From the NCBI GenBank assembly GCA_009782475.1, contig WRIZ01000002.1, positions 1 to 64,000 on the forward strand: a stretch of 64,000 nt of DNA, given 5' to 3'. This DNA comes from Oscillospiraceae bacterium. Its GTDB lineage: Bacteria > Bacillota > Clostridia > Oscillospirales > UBA929. Positions 48,581 through 58,721 of the stretch are shown here, one piece after another; position 1 is the stretch's first letter; each line of letters begins with the position of its first letter. A program made the position numbers and the translations under genes. The notes under the pieces are model-generated. The model made no database searches. It saw only the letters and a list, made by a program, of their open reading frames with translations, and was not told the DNA's origin.

Positions 48581-49761
48581 GCAAGATGAATGAACAAACG
48601 GAAAAAGTGAATATCGAAGCGGCCAAACGCGAAATGAACCGGACGGTGAAAAGCCCGATGGATTTGCCGTTTGCCCTTTTGGTCATCCTGCTCGGCGGCA
48701 TCGGGCTGGTGATGATGTTTTCGGCAGGTTACTCGTGGGGAGCCATCAAAACAGGGAATCCGGCGTTCTTTGTGACAAGGCAAGGCATTTTCCTGTTGAT
48801 GGGCATTGCCGTTATGCTGATCATATCGCGTTTTGATTATCATTATTTCCGCGCTTTTTCCATGCCCGCTATGGTTATTGCCGTTATCCTTTTGGTGGTG
48901 GTTCTCTTTGTCGGTTCGGCCGACAAAGGAGCCATTCGCTGGATCAACTTTGGCATCTTCAACATCCAGCCCTCGGAAATCGCCAAAATCGCCGTGATCA
49001 TGCTTTTTGCCGCCATGATCTCGGCACGGCCTGAACGATTGTCGCAAAAAAAACTGTTGCCCGCACTGGTTGGCATTGGACCGTATATCTGTATCTTGGT
49101 ATTGATCGCCGGGCTGATGGCAATGCAGCCGCATTTCTCCGGCATCATCCTCATCCTCTCGGTCGGTGCCGTTATGCTCTTCATGGGCGGGCTGGCTTAT
49201 CGCTGGATCGCCATTGTGGGCGCGGCGGGCGTGGGTGCCATGACGGTGATGATCACCGCCACAGATTATGCCTCCAATCGGATCGCCTTATGGCGCGACC
49301 CGTGGATCGATCCGCAGGAAGGGGGATACCAAATCATCCAATCGCTCTACGCCGTGGCGTCGGGCGGGTGGTTCGGGCTGGGGCTGGGGCAGAGCCGTCA
49401 AAAATACTCCTATCTGCCCGAACCGCATAACGATTTTGTTTACGCCATCGTCGTGGAAGAATTGGGCGTCGTGGGAGCCATGATCGTGCTCTTCCTGTTC
49501 ATGCTGCTGATCATCCGGGGGTTTTGGATCGCCCTCCATGCCCGCGACCGTTTCGGGACGCTGCTGGTCTCCGGCGTCACCACCCTGCTGGCCATTCAGG
49601 TTTTCCTCAACGTCGCCGTCGTCACCAATTTGATCCCGGTCACGGGGATTTCCATGCCGTTCTTCTCTTACGGGGGGTCGTCCCTCCTCATCCTGATGGC
49701 GGAGATGGGCATCATCCTCTCGGTGAGCAGGCGGCTGCCCGCCTACCGGCAAGGAGGCTGA
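48577..49761 (+). CDS. ftsW: SEDS-family peptidoglycan glycosyltransferase FtsW/SpoVE
   Basis: 10-TM SEDS pattern (SEIAKIAVIM, PEPHNDFVYA). Confidence 0.85.
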   Translation: MSKMNEQTEKVNIEAAKREMNRTVKSPMDLPFALLVILLGGIGLVMMFSAGYSWGAIKTGNPAFFVTRQGIFLLMGIAVMLIISRFDYHYFRAFSMPAMVIAVILLVVVLFVGSADKGAIRWINFGIFNIQPSEIAKIAVIMLFAAMISARPERLSQKKLLPALVGIGPYICILVLIAGLMAMQPHFSGIILILSVGAVMLFMGGLAYRWIAIVGAAGVGAMTVMITATDYASNRIALWRDPWIDPQEGGYQIIQSLYAVASGGWFGLGLGQSRQKYSYLPEPHNDFVYAIVVEELGVVGAMIVLFLFMLLIIRGFWIALHARDRFGTLLVSGVTTLLAIQVFLNVAVVTNLIPVTGISMPFFSYGGSSLLILMAEMGIILSVSRRLPAYRQGG

Positions 49762-49763
49762 CC

Positions 49764-50870
49764 ATGCGCTTTATCCTGACTTGCGGCGGTTCGGGCGGGC
49801 ATATCAACCCCGCTTTGGCTGTGGCGCGGCTTCTGCGTGAAGGCGGGCATGAGGTTCACTTTATCGGCGCGCCGTCCGGGCTGGAGCGCGATTTGGTTCC
49901 GCGCGAAGGTTTTCCAATTGAATTTGTTGAAATCCGTTCGCTTTCCCGTTCGCTTTCGCCGAAAGCCATCGTGAAAAATGTCAAAACGGCTGTGCAAACA
50001 TTGGGCGCGGCGGGAAAAGCAAAGAAAATCATCCAACGATACAAACCCAACGCCGTTTTAGGTACGGGGGGTTACGCCAGTTATCCCGCGCTGCGCGCCG
50101 CCGCCAAGTGTAAAATCCCCGTCTTGGTGCATGAATCCAACGCTTTTCCCGGCTTGACCACCAAAATGGCGGCCAAGCGCGCCGACGCTATCTTGGTGGG
50201 GATGGAACACTGCCGCGAAGCGTATAAACACAAAGACCGCGTCCATGTCACCGGAACCCCGGTGCGCCCGGAGTTTTTCAGCACGAATCGCCTGCTTGCT
50301 AAAGAAGAATTGAAACTGGATAACCGTCCGTTGATCGTGAGCATATTTGGCTCGCAAGGGGCGAGGGATATGAACCGCATCATCTTGGAACTGATGCGGC
50401 TGGAAGGCGGGGAATGGCAGCACATCCACGCGGCGGGGCCCAAGCGGGTTGACAGCGTTTTGCAAAAAGCCGAAGAAATGGGATTGGCTTTCAACGGAAC
50501 GACCGGGCTCCGCCTGTTGGATTACATCCACAACATGGCGCAAGCGGCGGCGGCGGCCGACCTATTGATCTGCCGTGCCGGGGCGTCTACGCTGGCCGAG
50601 TTGGCGGCGGCCGGGAAACCCGCCATCTTGATCCCCAGCCCCAATGTTGCCGCAGACCATCAAACGGCCAACGCAAAAATGATGGAGAAAGCCGGAGGGG
50701 TGGTTGTTGTGCCGGAAGCGGGGCTGTCGGCTGAAAAACTGCATGAATTGGTTAAAACAATGCTCGCGGATAAAGATAAACTCGGCCAAATGAGCCGGGA
50801 CATCCAAAAGACGTCGGTTCCCGATTCCGCACAGCGTATCGTGAAAATTTTGATGAAGACGGCAAAGTAA
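49764..50870 (+). CDS. murG: undecaprenyldiphospho-muramoylpentapeptide beta-N-acetylglucosaminyltransferase
   Basis: MRFILTCGGSGGHINPALAVA with AAGGAGG RBS. The longer track ORF from 49524 overlaps ftsW and was rejected. Confidence 0.9.
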   Translation: MRFILTCGGSGGHINPALAVARLLREGGHEVHFIGAPSGLERDLVPREGFPIEFVEIRSLSRSLSPKAIVKNVKTAVQTLGAAGKAKKIIQRYKPNAVLGTGGYASYPALRAAAKCKIPVLVHESNAFPGLTTKMAAKRADAILVGMEHCREAYKHKDRVHVTGTPVRPEFFSTNRLLAKEELKLDNRPLIVSIFGSQGARDMNRIILELMRLEGGEWQHIHAAGPKRVDSVLQKAEEMGLAFNGTTGLRLLDYIHNMAQAAAAADLLICRAGASTLAELAAAGKPAILIPSPNVAADHQTANAKMMEKAGGVVVVPEAGLSAEKLHELVKTMLADKDKLGQMSRDIQKTSVPDSAQRIVKILMKTAK

Positions 50871-50940
50871 CAATTCCCCCGAAACTGCCATAGAATGAGC
50901 CATAAAGCCCATTTTCATGGAGGATTCGGAGGAAAACGGC

Positions 50941-52191
50941 ATGAGCGCGATTTATATCAGCGGTGGTAAACCGCTAAACGGTTCTGTGCGCGTACAAGGC
51001 GCGAAGAATAGCGTTTTACCCATCCTTGCGGCAACCATCCTGTCAGGGGAGCCATGCGTGATCCGTAATTGCCCCAATCTCCTTGACGTCGGCACTTCGG
51101 TACGGATTTTGCAGCATTTGGGATGCAAAGCGGCGTATAAAGACGGAGTCGTCACGGTGGATACGGCGGGGATGAACCGATATGACGTGCCGGAAGACTT
51201 GATGAGGGAAATGCGCTCCTCGGTGGTGTTTTTGGGAGCCATCCTGTCTAGAACAGGCGAGGCCGTGATGAGTTATCCCGGCGGCTGTGACCTCGGTTCC
51301 CGGCCGATCGACCTCCACATCTCGTCGCTCAAACAGATGGGTGCGGACATACGCGAAGAGGGCGGTTTTCTAATCTGTAAAGCGCATAGGTTTACAGGGT
51401 GCGATATATGCCTCCCCATCCCCAGCGTCGGGGCAACGGAGAACATCATGCTGGCGGCCGCGCTTGCGCGCGGGACAACGAGGATTTTCAACGCGGCGCA
51501 TGAGCCGGAGATCGGCGACTTGCAGGCATTCCTCAACGCGATGGGCGGAAAGGTATCGGGAGCGGGAAGCTCCACCGTGGTCATCGAAGGGGTTCGCCGG
51601 TTGAATGGCACCGAACATCAGGTTATCCCGGATCGTATTGCCGCCGCCACATTGCTGACGGCCGTGGCGTCGGCGGGCGGGGAAATCGAGCTGACCAAAG
51701 CGCGCCCCGATGATCTTGCCATCTTGCTGTCGGTGCTGAATGAAGCGGGCTGCACCATCCAAACCGACGGGACTGTGATACACGCCAAACGGGACGGACA
51801 GCTCAAGCCGATGGGGCGGGTGCAGACCATGCCGCACCCGGGGTTCCCGACAGACGCGCAGGCATTGCTGATGGCGGTTGCCTGCCGTGCCGAAGGGGTA
51901 ACGGTTTTCTGCGAAACGATCTTTGACGGGCGTTACCGCCATGTGGGGGAACTGCTGCGCATGGGAGCCGACATACAAGTCGTGGAACGCGTCGCGGTTG
52001 TCAAAGGGGTCAAGAGACTGACCGGAGCCAGGGTATGCTCCACCGACCTGCGCGGGGGCGCGGCGTTGGCCGTGGCGGCGTTGGCGGCCGAAGGCGAAAC
52101 GGCCTTGAGCGGGCTTAACCATATAGACCGGGGATATGAACGGTTTGAGGAAAATTTGGCTTCGCTGGGAGCCGACATCAAACGAAAGTAG
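50941..52191 (+). CDS. murA: UDP-N-acetylglucosamine 1-carboxyvinyltransferase
   Basis: GGKPLNGSVRVQGAKNSVLPILAA and catalytic Cys context GGCDLGSRPID. Confidence 0.9.
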   Translation: MSAIYISGGKPLNGSVRVQGAKNSVLPILAATILSGEPCVIRNCPNLLDVGTSVRILQHLGCKAAYKDGVVTVDTAGMNRYDVPEDLMREMRSSVVFLGAILSRTGEAVMSYPGGCDLGSRPIDLHISSLKQMGADIREEGGFLICKAHRFTGCDICLPIPSVGATENIMLAAALARGTTRIFNAAHEPEIGDLQAFLNAMGGKVSGAGSSTVVIEGVRRLNGTEHQVIPDRIAAATLLTAVASAGGEIELTKARPDDLAILLSVLNEAGCTIQTDGTVIHAKRDGQLKPMGRVQTMPHPGFPTDAQALLMAVACRAEGVTVFCETIFDGRYRHVGELLRMGADIQVVERVAVVKGVKRLTGARVCSTDLRGGAALAVAALAAEGETALSGLNHIDRGYERFEENLASLGADIKRK

Positions 52192-52211
52192 AACCGAAAG
52201 AGGTACAAAAG

Positions 52212-52979
52212 ATGCCGGGAGAAAGAAAGCGCAGACGGCGGGGAAGGTATAGCTTTTTGCTGACCTTCTTTGTTGCCGCCGCGCTTATTTTTGCATTTGT
52301 GCTGACAAGCGGCTTTTTCTTCAAAATCAAGCACATCGAATTTGAGGGCGTATCGGTCACAAGCCAGGCAAAAATCAAAGAGCTTTTGGGGTTTTCCGAA
52401 GGCGATCATATCTTCCTCATCAATAAATCAGGTTCGGCCAATTCGATTTTGGCCAACATGCCTTATGTCAAAACAGTCCGCATCAAGCGGAGCCTGCCGG
52501 GCACGGTGCTGGTGATCATCACCGAAGCCGAACCGGCGGCCATGATCGAATACAGGGGCGAGGTTTGGCTGTTTGACGCGCAGGGGAAACTCTTGGAGTC
52601 CGTTGCGTCTTATAACACGCCCGATCTGCCGGTTGTAACGGGGTTTGAGCTGTTCAGCCCCATGGAAGGCACAACCATTTATCCGGCGTTTGAAGATACC
52701 GCGAAGAAAGAACCGCTGCTGGAATTGCTTCAAACAATGCGGGAGGAAGGGATATGGGAAGGCGTCGGGGAAATCGATCTGACGCAAATCTCCAATATTT
52801 GCTTTACCTATAACGAAATCTATACGGTGGAACTGGGGCTGCCGAACAAGTTTGACCGGAAGATTCAAATCATGAATCAAGCCTTGCAGGATGAGAAAGT
52901 CTCCGGCAGAGGGGCGGGAACGCTTTATCTTGCGGACGCGGGGGAAAAGCCTGTGAGATTCGTCCCGGGGGGTGATTGA
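52212..52979 (+). CDS. ftsQ: cell division protein FtsQ/DivIB (POTRA)
   Basis: N-terminal TM, then a POTRA-like KIKHIEFEGVSVTS. Confidence 0.75.
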   Translation: MPGERKRRRRGRYSFLLTFFVAAALIFAFVLTSGFFFKIKHIEFEGVSVTSQAKIKELLGFSEGDHIFLINKSGSANSILANMPYVKTVRIKRSLPGTVLVIITEAEPAAMIEYRGEVWLFDAQGKLLESVASYNTPDLPVVTGFELFSPMEGTTIYPAFEDTAKKEPLLELLQTMREEGIWEGVGEIDLTQISNICFTYNEIYTVELGLPNKFDRKIQIMNQALQDEKVSGRGAGTLYLADAGEKPVRFVPGGD

Positions 52980-54604
52980 CCGTGGATGAAAAGCCCAATG
53001 ACGAATTTACCAAAATTACCGAAGAGACGACGCAAGGGGATGAAGGATCAAAGCGAAAGAATACACAGTTTTTCACCATCGCGGTTTGCGTTTTTTCCGC
53101 CGCCATCACCGCCGCGTGGTTTTTTCTCTCGCAGTTTGGCGGCGAGCCGGAGCAGCCATACGAGCCTCCCGTAGAAATAAGTCCGAGTGAAAATGAGGAC
53201 TTGTTACCGCATCCTTTTTTCAACTTGGATGTATGGGCTGTTAAACCCTCTTTGCCGTATGAAATGGTGAGTCCTTTTTTCAATGGGGTCGCACAGGTTG
53301 AAGCCATCGGTAAAATCGGCCTGATCGATCAGACCGGGCGCGAGATTGTCCCTTGCGAATATGTAAGCATCTCGTTTGGTGAGGAGTTAACTGTACTTCG
53401 CAAGTATCAGGATTGCTTCCTGATGGATAGGGAAGGCAATACGTTCCTGCACGGTAAATATGATTATATCGGCGAATTTATAGATGGATTGGCACAGGTG
53501 TCCAGATTGACAAGTGGTATAAAAACCACTGTAACATATGGCTTTATCAACCAAGCCGGACACGAGGTCGTTCCCTGCGTCTATGAGGGCGTGTTTCCTT
53601 TTTCCGACGGCATGGCGGCTGTTAAGAAAAACGATAAATACGGGTTTGTGGATACGGAAGGGCGGGAGGTCATCCCGTGTATATATTATGATTACAGGGG
53701 GTTCAGTGAGGGGTTGGCGGCGGTTACATATAGCGTGAGGTATGGCGTTATTGATAAAGAGGGTCAGACTGTCATACCGTTTGAGTATTTATCAATCGGC
53801 GAATTCAGCGAGGATGGTTTTGCTCGGGTTACAAAGCAGGAAAGAGGAACGCTATCACTATATGATGGGTACATCGACCGGACGGGGCGCGAGGTCATCC
53901 CCTGCGAATACGACTTTAGTCAGGAGAATGTCAGAAACGGACAGACGGTTGTATGGAAAAACGGTCAGTGCGGGGTCATCAACATGGAGGGGGAAATTGT
54001 CATACCATTCGGGATGTATGACAGCATTTATAGTTTTGGGTACTATGGGGACACAACGGATGAAACGATCTATACCGTTCAAAAGGATAACAAATACGGC
54101 ACGGTTGACGGGGCGGGAAAGGAACTTGCGCCTTGCGTATACGACTCTATTATCAGCATTGTTTCCGATGGTTTGATCGTTGTTGGTAAGAACGATGACC
54201 AATTCCGCACAGTCTCGTACTTTGGCTATCTTGATACCAAAGGGAATGAGGTTGTTCCGTGCGTGTATACGGAGGCATCTCCGTTGTTTTTCAACGGTTA
54301 TGCGGTGGTATGGCGAAACGGGAAACTGGGGTACATCAACCGCAGCGGAGCAACAGTCGTCCCCTGTATGTATGACGGCTTCTATTATAACTCAAATAGA
54401 AGCCGCTACAGTCATTTTTCCGAAGGGGTTGTTGTTGTCTGCCGCGACGGCGGATACGGCTATGTGAACGAATACGGGCGGGAGATAACACCGTTTATCT
54501 TCGACGAGGCGCGGATGTTTAGCGAGGGCTTGGCGTGGGTTCGGGTTGACGGCCTGTGGGGAATCCTTTCCTTGGAGAAACTGAAAAACCCCCGGATGAA
54601 ATAA
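52976..54604 (+). CDS. WG-repeat (KWG) containing membrane-anchored protein
   Basis: More than 10 repeats of the type KNDKYGFVDTEGREVIPCIYD. N-terminal TM. ATGA overlap with ftsQ. Confidence 0.7.
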   Translation: MTVDEKPNDEFTKITEETTQGDEGSKRKNTQFFTIAVCVFSAAITAAWFFLSQFGGEPEQPYEPPVEISPSENEDLLPHPFFNLDVWAVKPSLPYEMVSPFFNGVAQVEAIGKIGLIDQTGREIVPCEYVSISFGEELTVLRKYQDCFLMDREGNTFLHGKYDYIGEFIDGLAQVSRLTSGIKTTVTYGFINQAGHEVVPCVYEGVFPFSDGMAAVKKNDKYGFVDTEGREVIPCIYYDYRGFSEGLAAVTYSVRYGVIDKEGQTVIPFEYLSIGEFSEDGFARVTKQERGTLSLYDGYIDRTGREVIPCEYDFSQENVRNGQTVVWKNGQCGVINMEGEIVIPFGMYDSIYSFGYYGDTTDETIYTVQKDNKYGTVDGAGKELAPCVYDSIISIVSDGLIVVGKNDDQFRTVSYFGYLDTKGNEVVPCVYTEASPLFFNGYAVVWRNGKLGYINRSGATVVPCMYDGFYYNSNRSRYSHFSEGVVVVCRDGGYGYVNEYGREITPFIFDEARMFSEGLAWVRVDGLWGILSLEKLKNPRMK

Positions 54605-54634
54605 TCCGAGGGTTTACCATCGTTACGTATTTCT

Positions 54635-56329
54635 CTAAAACCGTATCTCCAGCTTCACACTGGCGGGCTTTTTTGCCGTCGCGCCTGTCCATAGCCATAT
54701 GCTTTCGGTGACGTCCATCACATCGAGCAGCCCGTTGGATGGATGCAAGGTTGTTAAATCCGTCCTGCTAACGATGGTATTCGCTTTATACTTGATGGTT
54801 TTCGTTGCTTCTTTGCTCTTAGACGCTTTGGTTGTTTTCACCTTGTAACGCGGAGCCTTGATTTCGCTCAATGCCTTGACTTTTTTCACTTTGCTTGCCG
54901 CTTTGTAGTCCGGGCCGTCTTGAGGAGCCGTTCGGATGAGGTAGATTGACTTTATCGGTTTGGCCGTTTTCAGTTCTTTGACACAAATACCGTTTGTCAA
55001 GCCGTCGTAGAAGCACCCGAAGTGTTTCTCGTCGGTCACTTTGTTCTTCTTAGCCGCATCGGCCGCGCCAATCTGCACATTTTCCTTAACCGCCGTTGAG
55101 CCGCCTTTCTCCGTCAGCACCCATTGGCCGGGGGTCGCGCCTGTATTGTCCGCGCCGATCAGATAGTTAATCGTCAGCTTGGGGGCTGCCGCCCGTTTGC
55201 CGATGGCGGCAAACGTCACGACCGCCGCATCGTCCGGGGGTTTCTTTGTTTTCTTGTCAATGGGTTTATCCGATAGATGCAGGGTGAGGTCTTTGTTGAA
55301 GAGCTTGGGGAACTTGGCGTCGCTGAAGGTATCGGGCTTCACATTCCTCCACTTCGTCCCGCCGTCTACGCTGTAGGCAACGCTGGTGTATGTAGCCGGA
55401 ATGGTGATGGTCTCCTTTGTGAGATTGATCTCAAATCCATCCGCCGAGCCGGGGACGAGGATGTCGTCGTGGGAGTAGTCGATGCAGCATCCAGTGTGCT
55501 CGGGTGGCTCGGTGGGTTCATCCGGTGGGTCGGGCGGATCAGGGAATGAGGGTTTATCAAATTCACAAAACATATGCAGGAAACCATGACCCACTGAATT
55601 AATGATTCCATTCCTGCAAGTTATAAAAACAATACTTAATTCATTTGGCATATATATAGAAAATCGCATATCGTCTGTTATCATGGTTTCTACAAGAGCT
55701 AAATCAGAACGTCCTTTTTCAATAAAAGCCATGTTTACCGCATCAGCAACCATTTCCGCGAATATGTCAGCATTAGCTAAAATCAATAAACTGTTGGCAG
55801 CATATAAATCATTTTGCACAAAATTGTTGAAATTGGGATGTATGATTTGCATTTGTTTATCTATCAGTAATGTGTCATTAAATAAAATATAAGGGTCTAG
55901 GCGCGTTCCAGTTATTACAAGAAGTAAATCATTATACTCACTATATATATCCATAAATTCCCAAAACAATGTGGTATTCCCCATATTCATGTCAAGCATA
56001 AATTTCAGAATATCTGTATATCCGTAAAGGAAGATAAAATCATATAATTCTTTTAGCTTTTCTTGTAATTGAGGAGTATTTAATATTTTTTGCTCTTCTA
56101 TATAGTATTCAGGAGAACGTACTACTACTCCTACTTCATTACCATTATTGCAATTCAAAGATTGGATCAAATTTCTTGCAAACTCTGTATCAAGAGATTC
56201 ATTTGATACTAACACTCTCTCAGGGCGCGTTGCATTGGCTACTAAAATTGGAATAAGCTGTATTAACAGAAGTAAGGGAAGGGTAAAAGCGGCAAGCCTG
56301 ACTATTTTTTTCATCTTGATAACCTCCAA
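54635..56329 (-). CDS. secreted hypothetical protein, two-domain mosaic (AT-rich N-terminal half, GC-rich C-terminal half)
   Basis: Signal peptide. PDPPDPPDEPTEPPEH linker between domains. Base composition switches abruptly near 55550. Confidence 0.5.
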   Translation of the reverse strand: MEVIKMKKIVRLAAFTLPLLLLIQLIPILVANATRPERVLVSNESLDTEFARNLIQSLNCNNGNEVGVVVRSPEYYIEEQKILNTPQLQEKLKELYDFIFLYGYTDILKFMLDMNMGNTTLFWEFMDIYSEYNDLLLVITGTRLDPYILFNDTLLIDKQMQIIHPNFNNFVQNDLYAANSLLILANADIFAEMVADAVNMAFIEKGRSDLALVETMITDDMRFSIYMPNELSIVFITCRNGIINSVGHGFLHMFCEFDKPSFPDPPDPPDEPTEPPEHTGCCIDYSHDDILVPGSADGFEINLTKETITIPATYTSVAYSVDGGTKWRNVKPDTFSDAKFPKLFNKDLTLHLSDKPIDKKTKKPPDDAAVVTFAAIGKRAAAPKLTINYLIGADNTGATPGQWVLTEKGGSTAVKENVQIGAADAAKKNKVTDEKHFGCFYDGLTNGICVKELKTAKPIKSIYLIRTAPQDGPDYKAASKVKKVKALSEIKAPRYKVKTTKASKSKEATKTIKYKANTIVSRTDLTTLHPSNGLLDVMDVTESIWLWTGATAKKPASVKLEIRF

Positions 56330-56425
56330 ATGTTTTCTTACACACAGTATAACCCATTTTATGTGAGCTGCGTGTGATAAATGGTATGTTCACCGTGAGA
56401 ATGCTGTGAGGAAAATTCTTCCTTG

Positions 56426-56457
56426 CCGGACAAGGCGCGTTGCCGCGCCCTGTCCGG
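56426..56457 (-). terminator. imperfect 13-bp hairpin downstream of the GLUG gene (candidate terminator)
   Basis: ccggacaaggcgc gttgcc gcgccctgtccgg. Confidence 0.35.
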
Positions 56458-56526
56458 GGAAGGGTTGCGTCTAGTATAGTATATGCTGTGGGGATACGCG
56501 AATTTACACGAAAATTGTTGAATTAT

Positions 56527-58413
56527 TTAGCAGATAAGTGTTAGCCATGGACTGTAAAGAGGTTGTGAGATTTCTGCAAACTCTAATTTCACTCTAACAT
56601 CCAAAAATGCGCCAACCATCATGAATACTGCTTGACCTGTATCTGGGTGTATTGTTGCAAATGATTCGTTTTTCATTTCCCATGTTATCTGTTGTACTGT
56701 CAGATTACCTGTAAATGATTGATAAGTCATTTGTTGAAAGGACATTGGTAGAGGGGTAAATGGAACTATCTCCACCTCTATGACCGTCACCATCCTCGTT
56801 GCCTTCGCGCCCGGGATTGATGCTGTGCATGTCACATATCCGCTTACGACAGCCTCAACGGTAAAGTCGGTAATGCGGTAGCCGCCGCTGTAGGAAATCG
56901 CGGTATTTGTGATGTTGACGTTCCCCGGTTGGTCAAAGGTAAGCGTTACGTCGGCGTCAGAAGGATAACTCCTGATGGAAAACTGGAAGACATCCCCTTT
57001 TGCAACATAATCAGGAGCACTTAGAAAATTGACTTCCGTGATACTTTCATACTCCCATGCCAGTGTTGGGTATATATTGGGATTATTGCTGCTATGGGGA
57101 TTCACAACCCAAACGGTTCCGGCTTTTTCATCTTTGTAGGAAATGCTCCAGCCCGGATACGCATTTGGATTATTTTGAAAATGGCTGTGAGCGTAAGCTG
57201 TACCTTGATTACCGCCATCAGAAACTGTAACATTTGTACCTCCGCGGTAAAGCGTCATATCACTTCTAGCGCGGTTGCCGGAATAACCAGGTGAACCGCT
57301 GCCCCAAACCCTTCCCGAGTCACTTGTAGACGTACGCTTTTCTACATAAGCGTTAAGGGCAACGTTATACCTGACGTAAGTTGATCCACCCGCTCTTCCG
57401 ACAATACCGCCTGTGCCGCTTCCTGTGTTTGCTCCTGCCGCCCAACCGCCTTCAATCCACCCGGAAGAGTAGCAGTTTTCCACAAGTCTATACGTTGCTG
57501 TCGATCCCATATCACCGACAATGCCGCCCACATGGTTTCCGCCGAAAACATCCCCGGTTGAGTAACAGTTTATCACTTTACCGTTGGTACCTAAAAACCC
57601 GACAAGTCCTCCTGTCTCGCCTATACCGCGAACATTGGCTCTAGAGAATGATTCCTGCACAGTACCGGCAGCCTCACCGATGAGCCCGCCTGTGTATGAG
57701 GAACCTCCTGTCACACTGCTGCCCGCCAGCACGCCGCACCGCTCCATGACGGTTCCGGTTCCGCTTGGATTTTGAGCCCGTCCGGCAATGCCGCCGACCC
57801 ATGAGCCGTTTCCGCTTACAGTTCCTTGAAAGGTACAATCCGCGATGTAGACGGAGTAATTGCTGCTAGAATATGCCCCGGCGTCACCGACCAACCCTCC
57901 GGTATATCTGCCATTGTTGCTGCTACTGCTGGTATTATAAATACCGGCATTTTTAACATGGCAGTTCTCCATCCTCAAGTGTCTGGCATTACCGACGATT
58001 GCGCCTGTATAGTTTGAATTGCTGTCGACGTAAACACTGTCAAGAATGAGGTTGCTTACGTTCAATCTATAGACTTCGCCAAATAGGCCGCAGCTATAGG
58101 AGGATGAGACTTTTAGATTGTAGATCGTGTAGTTTTTACCATTAAGCGTTGCGCTATAATTTGTTCCGTCAATCCGCGTCCAGTATCCAGTGAGGCTAAT
58201 GTCATCTCCCAGCTCGAAGTAACTGCCGCTGTAATGCTGCATACTGTATAAATCAGTTTGGTTCATGATGATATAAGGGTCTTGCTCGGTGCCGGTGCCG
58301 CCGCCGCTGAACGGCAAGGCAGCATTTGCTTGCAGAGGCATGAGTGTCATCATTTGGATGACAAGCGCGAGGGTTAGGATGAACGGGGTAATTTTTCGCT
58401 TCATGAAACGCAC
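56527..58413 (-). CDS. secreted GLUG-motif (beta-helix-like) repeat protein
   Basis: Signal peptide. Repeated GGLVGDAG, GGIAGRA, GGLIGEAAG, GGLVGFLG and GGIVGDMG units form the GLUG pattern. Confidence 0.6.
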   Translation of the reverse strand: MRFMKRKITPFILTLALVIQMMTLMPLQANAALPFSGGGTGTEQDPYIIMNQTDLYSMQHYSGSYFELGDDISLTGYWTRIDGTNYSATLNGKNYTIYNLKVSSSYSCGLFGEVYRLNVSNLILDSVYVDSNSNYTGAIVGNARHLRMENCHVKNAGIYNTSSSSNNGRYTGGLVGDAGAYSSSNYSVYIADCTFQGTVSGNGSWVGGIAGRAQNPSGTGTVMERCGVLAGSSVTGGSSYTGGLIGEAAGTVQESFSRANVRGIGETGGLVGFLGTNGKVINCYSTGDVFGGNHVGGIVGDMGSTATYRLVENCYSSGWIEGGWAAGANTGSGTGGIVGRAGGSTYVRYNVALNAYVEKRTSTSDSGRVWGSGSPGYSGNRARSDMTLYRGGTNVTVSDGGNQGTAYAHSHFQNNPNAYPGWSISYKDEKAGTVWVVNPHSSNNPNIYPTLAWEYESITEVNFLSAPDYVAKGDVFQFSIRSYPSDADVTLTFDQPGNVNITNTAISYSGGYRITDFTVEAVVSGYVTCTASIPGAKATRMVTVIEVEIVPFTPLPMSFQQMTYQSFTGNLTVQQITWEMKNESFATIHPDTGQAVFMMVGAFLDVRVKLEFAEISQPLYSPWLTLIC

Positions 58414-58721
58414 TCCTTGGTTTTATTTTTTAGAGAGTACCGTTCGATGCTAACGATGATTAGCCGCTGCTTCACCACCTTTGCCTTCGCGCACCTTTAC
58501 TGAACCCACAGCCTCCAACATGGGTTCGCAAGACTGATTATATACGCAATGCTGAAGATTGTCAATCTTTAGTTTATCGTCCCACGGTTGGAGAAACTGT
58601 TAAATAATTCTTGACAACGGCAGTAAAGCCATATACAATACAAAAGAACATATAGACATGCAAACGATTATCCGTAAAGTGTTATACTTTACACCAACAA
58701 ATGAGACCGGGGGATGAGGGC

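Noticed and set aside
49524-49763. 240-bp N-terminal extension of murG overlapping ftsW
   Set aside because: The canonical MurG N-terminus MRFILTCGGSGGH starts at 49764, with AAGGAGG directly upstream.
53000-58400. CRISPR-like or other non-coding tandem repeat arrays
   Set aside because: The periodic sequence here is protein-coding repeat units (WG repeats, GLUG repeats). There are no spacer/repeat arrays with conserved direct repeats.
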